In this document: one piece after another, positions 33,300 through 36,162 of the stretch
Numbering within the stretch: position 1 is the first letter of the stretch
Layout: every line of letters begins with the position of its first letter
NCBI GenBank assembly: GCA_000934665.2
Contig: KZ539023.1
Coordinates: 1 to 36,162, forward strand
Length of the DNA stretch: 36,162 nucleotides
Source of the DNA: Catajapyx aquilonaris
Lineage: Eukaryota
Direction: 5' to 3'
The notes under the pieces: model-generated
What the model was told of the DNA's origin: nothing
Database searches by the model: none
The model's input: the letters and a program-made list of their open reading frames with translations, nothing else
Program-made: the position numbers and the translations under genes

Positions 33300-33583
33300 C
33301 ATTATTATTTTAAATTTACCCTGTGATAGGGCGGAGCCCTTTTAGGGGGGAAGGGGAGGTTCCAAAGGGAGGGCACTGTAATTCTAGTCATTTCTGACTT
33401 TCCGAAATACACCAGACCTTTTCTCCTGGCTCTGGGCAGAGTAGGGAGTGCAATTCTGCCCCAGCATGTCGGGTGAAAAGTGGAAAAAGACCCGGCCAAG
33501 CAGAGGTGACGGGGACGGGATTTGAACCTCGGCCTCCCGCTTGGCTGGCCAGTGGCGTAACCACCAGACCACCATGCCTCCCT
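33252..33583 (-). mobile_element. tRNA-derived SINE, family B, copy 3, with long (AAT)n tail
   Basis: Close match to 11742-12026 in the opposite orientation; 14-bp TSD catggcattacaat at 33238-33251 and 33584-33597. Confidence 0.92.
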
Positions 33584-34023
33584 CATGGCATTACAATCTT
33601 GAAGCTACCCAGGAGGCAGAGTCAGGGGGTCAAAGAAGGTCATCCAGCAGGTCCAGACTGGTCAAAAAGAGTAGCCTGCTGGTCGTCTTAAACATTCCAA
33701 ATGTTGCTCCCATTATTTACATGTGCTGACTGCTCATGCTTGCTGGCCTTAGCTGTTGACACACCATGAGGGCTAGTTTGGGATTGTAGGACCACCTGTC
33801 ACAGCAGATGTGAAGTCAAGCTCCCCCTATACCGTATCCTTTGGCTTCAATTCCTTACACTAGTGAATCTCACAGGGAACAGCTGCCTTAAGTTGGGTTA
33901 ACACATTGTTGTCTGTCTTTGGTTGCTGTGGTTCAGACTATCAATCAGCTTGGGCTTCACCTGTCCTATATAATTTACTTTGTCTCGTTGCTCATAGCCT
34001 GCTAAGACAGCTCTACGACAATA

Positions 34024-34234
34024 CAGGGTGTTTCAACTTTTTTGTCCCAACAGTTATCGGAAATATTGCACTAAGCTGCTACTTTGTAAGCACGTATGCC
34101 ACTTCAACCTAAGATTTGCAGGGAATATTCCCCATACCTCCGACAAATCACCGGTTGCAAGTCACTGCTTACAAAGTAGCAGCTTAGTGAAATATTTCTG
34201 ATAACTGTTGGGACAAAACAGGTGAAACATCCTG
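34024..34234. mobile_element. Tc1/mariner-type palindromic MITE
   Basis: TA|CAGGGTGTTTCAAC..GTCCCAACAGTTATC / GATAACTGTTGGGAC..TGAAACATCCTG|TA. Confidence 0.88.
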
Positions 34235-34402
34235 TATAGTGACTTAAAAGTAAAATTATGTGAGTAAGAAATTTGACAAGTACACTCACTATCAAGCTTT
34301 CTTAGTATCAAATATCTCAATTCTAATTTGAAGATTTGCATAGACACTATTTAAGTATCCTGCCTTAATATTACAATAATTTGTGTACCCCCAGGTAATA
34401 TA

Positions 34403-34658
34403 CCAGTGTGTTCCAGATTCATGGGTCACTTTTTGATAACTTACATCGCTCAATAGCAGTTATTTTTTGTAGCTTGTTGTGCCCCTAACCATGTGCTCCA
34501 TTCTGTAGCACCTGCTATATTCGACCCCTCAGTGGGTTGAATATAGCAGTAGTTACAGAATGGGGCATATGGTTAGGGGCACAACAAGCTACAAAAAGTA
34601 ACTACTACCAAGTGATGTCAGTTATCAAAAAGGGACCCACAAATCTGGAACACCCTTG
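34403..34658. mobile_element. Tc1/mariner-type palindromic MITE, family M1, best-preserved copy
   Basis: TA-flanked; gtgttccagatt / aatctggaacac ends; pairs to the centre (tgctatattcgaccc / gggttgaatatagca). Confidence 0.85.
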
Positions 34659-34838
34659 TATAAGCTATGAATATCATGCACCTTTTCGACACCTTGTACA
34701 TGAAACATTGCAACTCTCTGGGTATGCACACGTCATTTTTCACCTTATTCACTTCAATATAAACCTCAAAAACCTGAACCCTTCAGTACAGGCACAATTT
34801 CATGTATCAAGCATTTCCAGACATCAATGAACACTTAC

Positions 34839-34985
34839 CTTCCATGTCGACTTCAGGTTGTGCGACCATGTGCCACATTGCCCCTCTATCACTCATCATG
34901 GACACTGGCACATGGTCCACTATCTTCATGTATGCCGACTCTTCACTACTCTCACTATTTTTTCGATGAACATCAACTTTGAGAT
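34839..34985 (-). CDS. pcx: pecanex coding exon (provisional E4)
   Basis: Follows a 74-nt intron; acceptor gattccag|AT, consensus donor GAAG|gtaagt; 147 nt, phase 1->1. Encodes DLKVDVHRKNSESSEES...PEVDME. Confidence 0.88.
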
Positions 34986-35059
34986 CTGGAATCATTAAAC
35001 ACAACTATCAATCCAAGTCCTTAATCATGCATTCAGAGGAAAATACATTTTCAACCTAC

Positions 35060-35250
35060 CTATGGTGCTGTTGTTGACTAAAAATGGAAGGGATCCTACC
35101 ACAACCTTTGAGTTAAGAACTTCCATAGGAGGTTCACTTTTGTGCCCTGGTGATTCTGTGAAAGAGTTTCGTGAACTGCATCCGACTGGTGGGGTTTCAC
35201 TATCTTGCTTGGGCGTGGTCAAAACCTGAAGTTCGATACCCTCATCAGAC
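35060..35250 (-). CDS. pcx: pecanex coding exon (provisional E3)
   Basis: Follows a 68-nt intron; acceptor gataacag|G, donor ATAG|gtaggt; 191 nt, phase 2->1. Encodes SDEGIELQVLTTPKQDSETPPVGCSSRNSF, containing the pecanex motif TPPVGCSSRNS. Confidence 0.93.
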
Positions 35251-35318
35251 CTGTTATCATGGAATAATACAACATGTTAGAAAATCAAAATATGCATCAG
35301 CTGTCATTTAAACCATAC

Positions 35319-35509
35319 CCCTTGTCCTTCTTGCTGTCTCTATTGGGACTTCGCTTATCCATGTGATTGCCTCCTTCCACAGTTTCTTCCAAGCACTCAC
35401 ATGTGTCAAACATGTGATGCAGTCTGCTATTCACCAGTTTAATGATGATGAACAAGACAGCAATGGCAGAGCAGTAGGAGGCCCACACAAATAGGGATGG
35501 TTCAAAATA
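35319..35509 (-). CDS. pcx: pecanex coding exon (provisional E2), hydrophobic N-terminal segment
   Basis: Acceptor ttatgcttcag|TAT, donor GG|gtatgg; 191 nt, phase 0->2. Encodes YFEPSLFVWASYCSAIAVLFIIIKLVNSRLHHMFDTCE, which resembles the recalled PCNX1 N-terminus (..[25 protein letters not shown]..). Confidence 0.9.
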
Positions 35510-35782
35510 CTGAAGCATAATATCAACATAACGAGGTTGTACATTATTATATTAAAACATCACTTTCCAACACAAGGCCCTGCCTGCAACATCATAAAAG
35601 CCAACAACCACTAAGTAGGTTTCCATGTTAGAATTTGCTGCAATTGGTTCAAGACAGATATCTAACATCTACAAACGTAAGCTCGAGTCATCTCAGCAGC
35701 ATGGTTAAAAAATTCATGTGTGTATACCACATGCTTGACTTTTAGCCAGGATTGTCAACTTGAGCTGGTATTTCAGAATTAA

Positions 35783-36044
35783 CCCTCTGATGACCGGTCC
35801 TCCCCCTGTATGACTCATTGAGAGTCCCGGCACAACTTAATAGTATTTTAAAAATTCCACATCTCACCAACCTTTGTGAGCCTTTGTGGCCTTTGTAAGA
35901 AATAAATTAATACTTATTTGCGGCTTTTTGATAGTTCGGAAAACTCCAACATTGATTTACTTCTTGCGAAGTACGACGATTAGTACGATACTAGTCCGAT
36001 AGTACGACTCATCCCATAGATACTAGGTGGCTGAGGCTGAAGGA
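35783..36044. mobile_element. degenerate short relative of the piggyBac-like foldback
   Basis: TTAA flanks; internal agaaataaattaatacttatttgcggcttt..ggaaaactcc and gtacgacgatt are shared with 8260-9057. Confidence 0.65.
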
Positions 36045-36069
36045 TTAATCATGAAATACGGTAAAATAT

Positions 36070-36162
36070 GGGCAATTCCACGAAAGAGCGGACATGGGGT
36101 GCGGTTCTTATATCTTGACGCAGTTGGAATCTGAGTGACTAAAACCGAAGCATGTGGACCAT
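36070..36162. mobile_element. left end of a GGGCAATTCCACGAAAG (Sola-like) element running off the window
   Basis: First 17 nt are identical to the terminus at 4871. Confidence 0.6.

Noticed and set aside
1..36162. A novel multi-gene system or an intact transposase
   Set aside because: All convincing coding sequence belongs to pecanex or to decayed transposase fragments.

Overview
Eukaryotic, very probably insect/arthropod, genomic DNA. The window lies entirely inside one large minus-strand gene, pecanex (pcx/PCNX family). I reconstructed eight coding exons from GT/AG sites with consistent phases: 35509-35319, 35250-35060, 34985-34839, 24459-23644, 12373-12152, 6817-6647, 4358-3844 and 1673-~1354, about 857 codons of the N-terminal region. 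The first coding exon lies beyond the right edge and the membrane/C-terminal part beyond the left edge. The introns are packed with non-autonomous transposons: Tc1/mariner-type MITEs (TA TSD), hAT MITEs (8-bp TSD), piggyBac-like foldbacks (TTAA), a Spy-like element (AAA|TTT, no TSD), a Sola-like element (4-bp TSD) and three families of tRNA-derived SINE. Many are nested up to four deep and many are near-perfect hairpins. I see no prokaryotic-style operon, CRISPR array, intact transposase or new multi-gene system. The best leads are nested insertions whose empty sites are visible within the window, foldback elements still carrying transposase remnants, and complementary repeats bracketing symmetric in-frame pecanex exons (possible skipping or circRNA). 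All assignments come from reading by eye and recalled family motifs; no searches were run.
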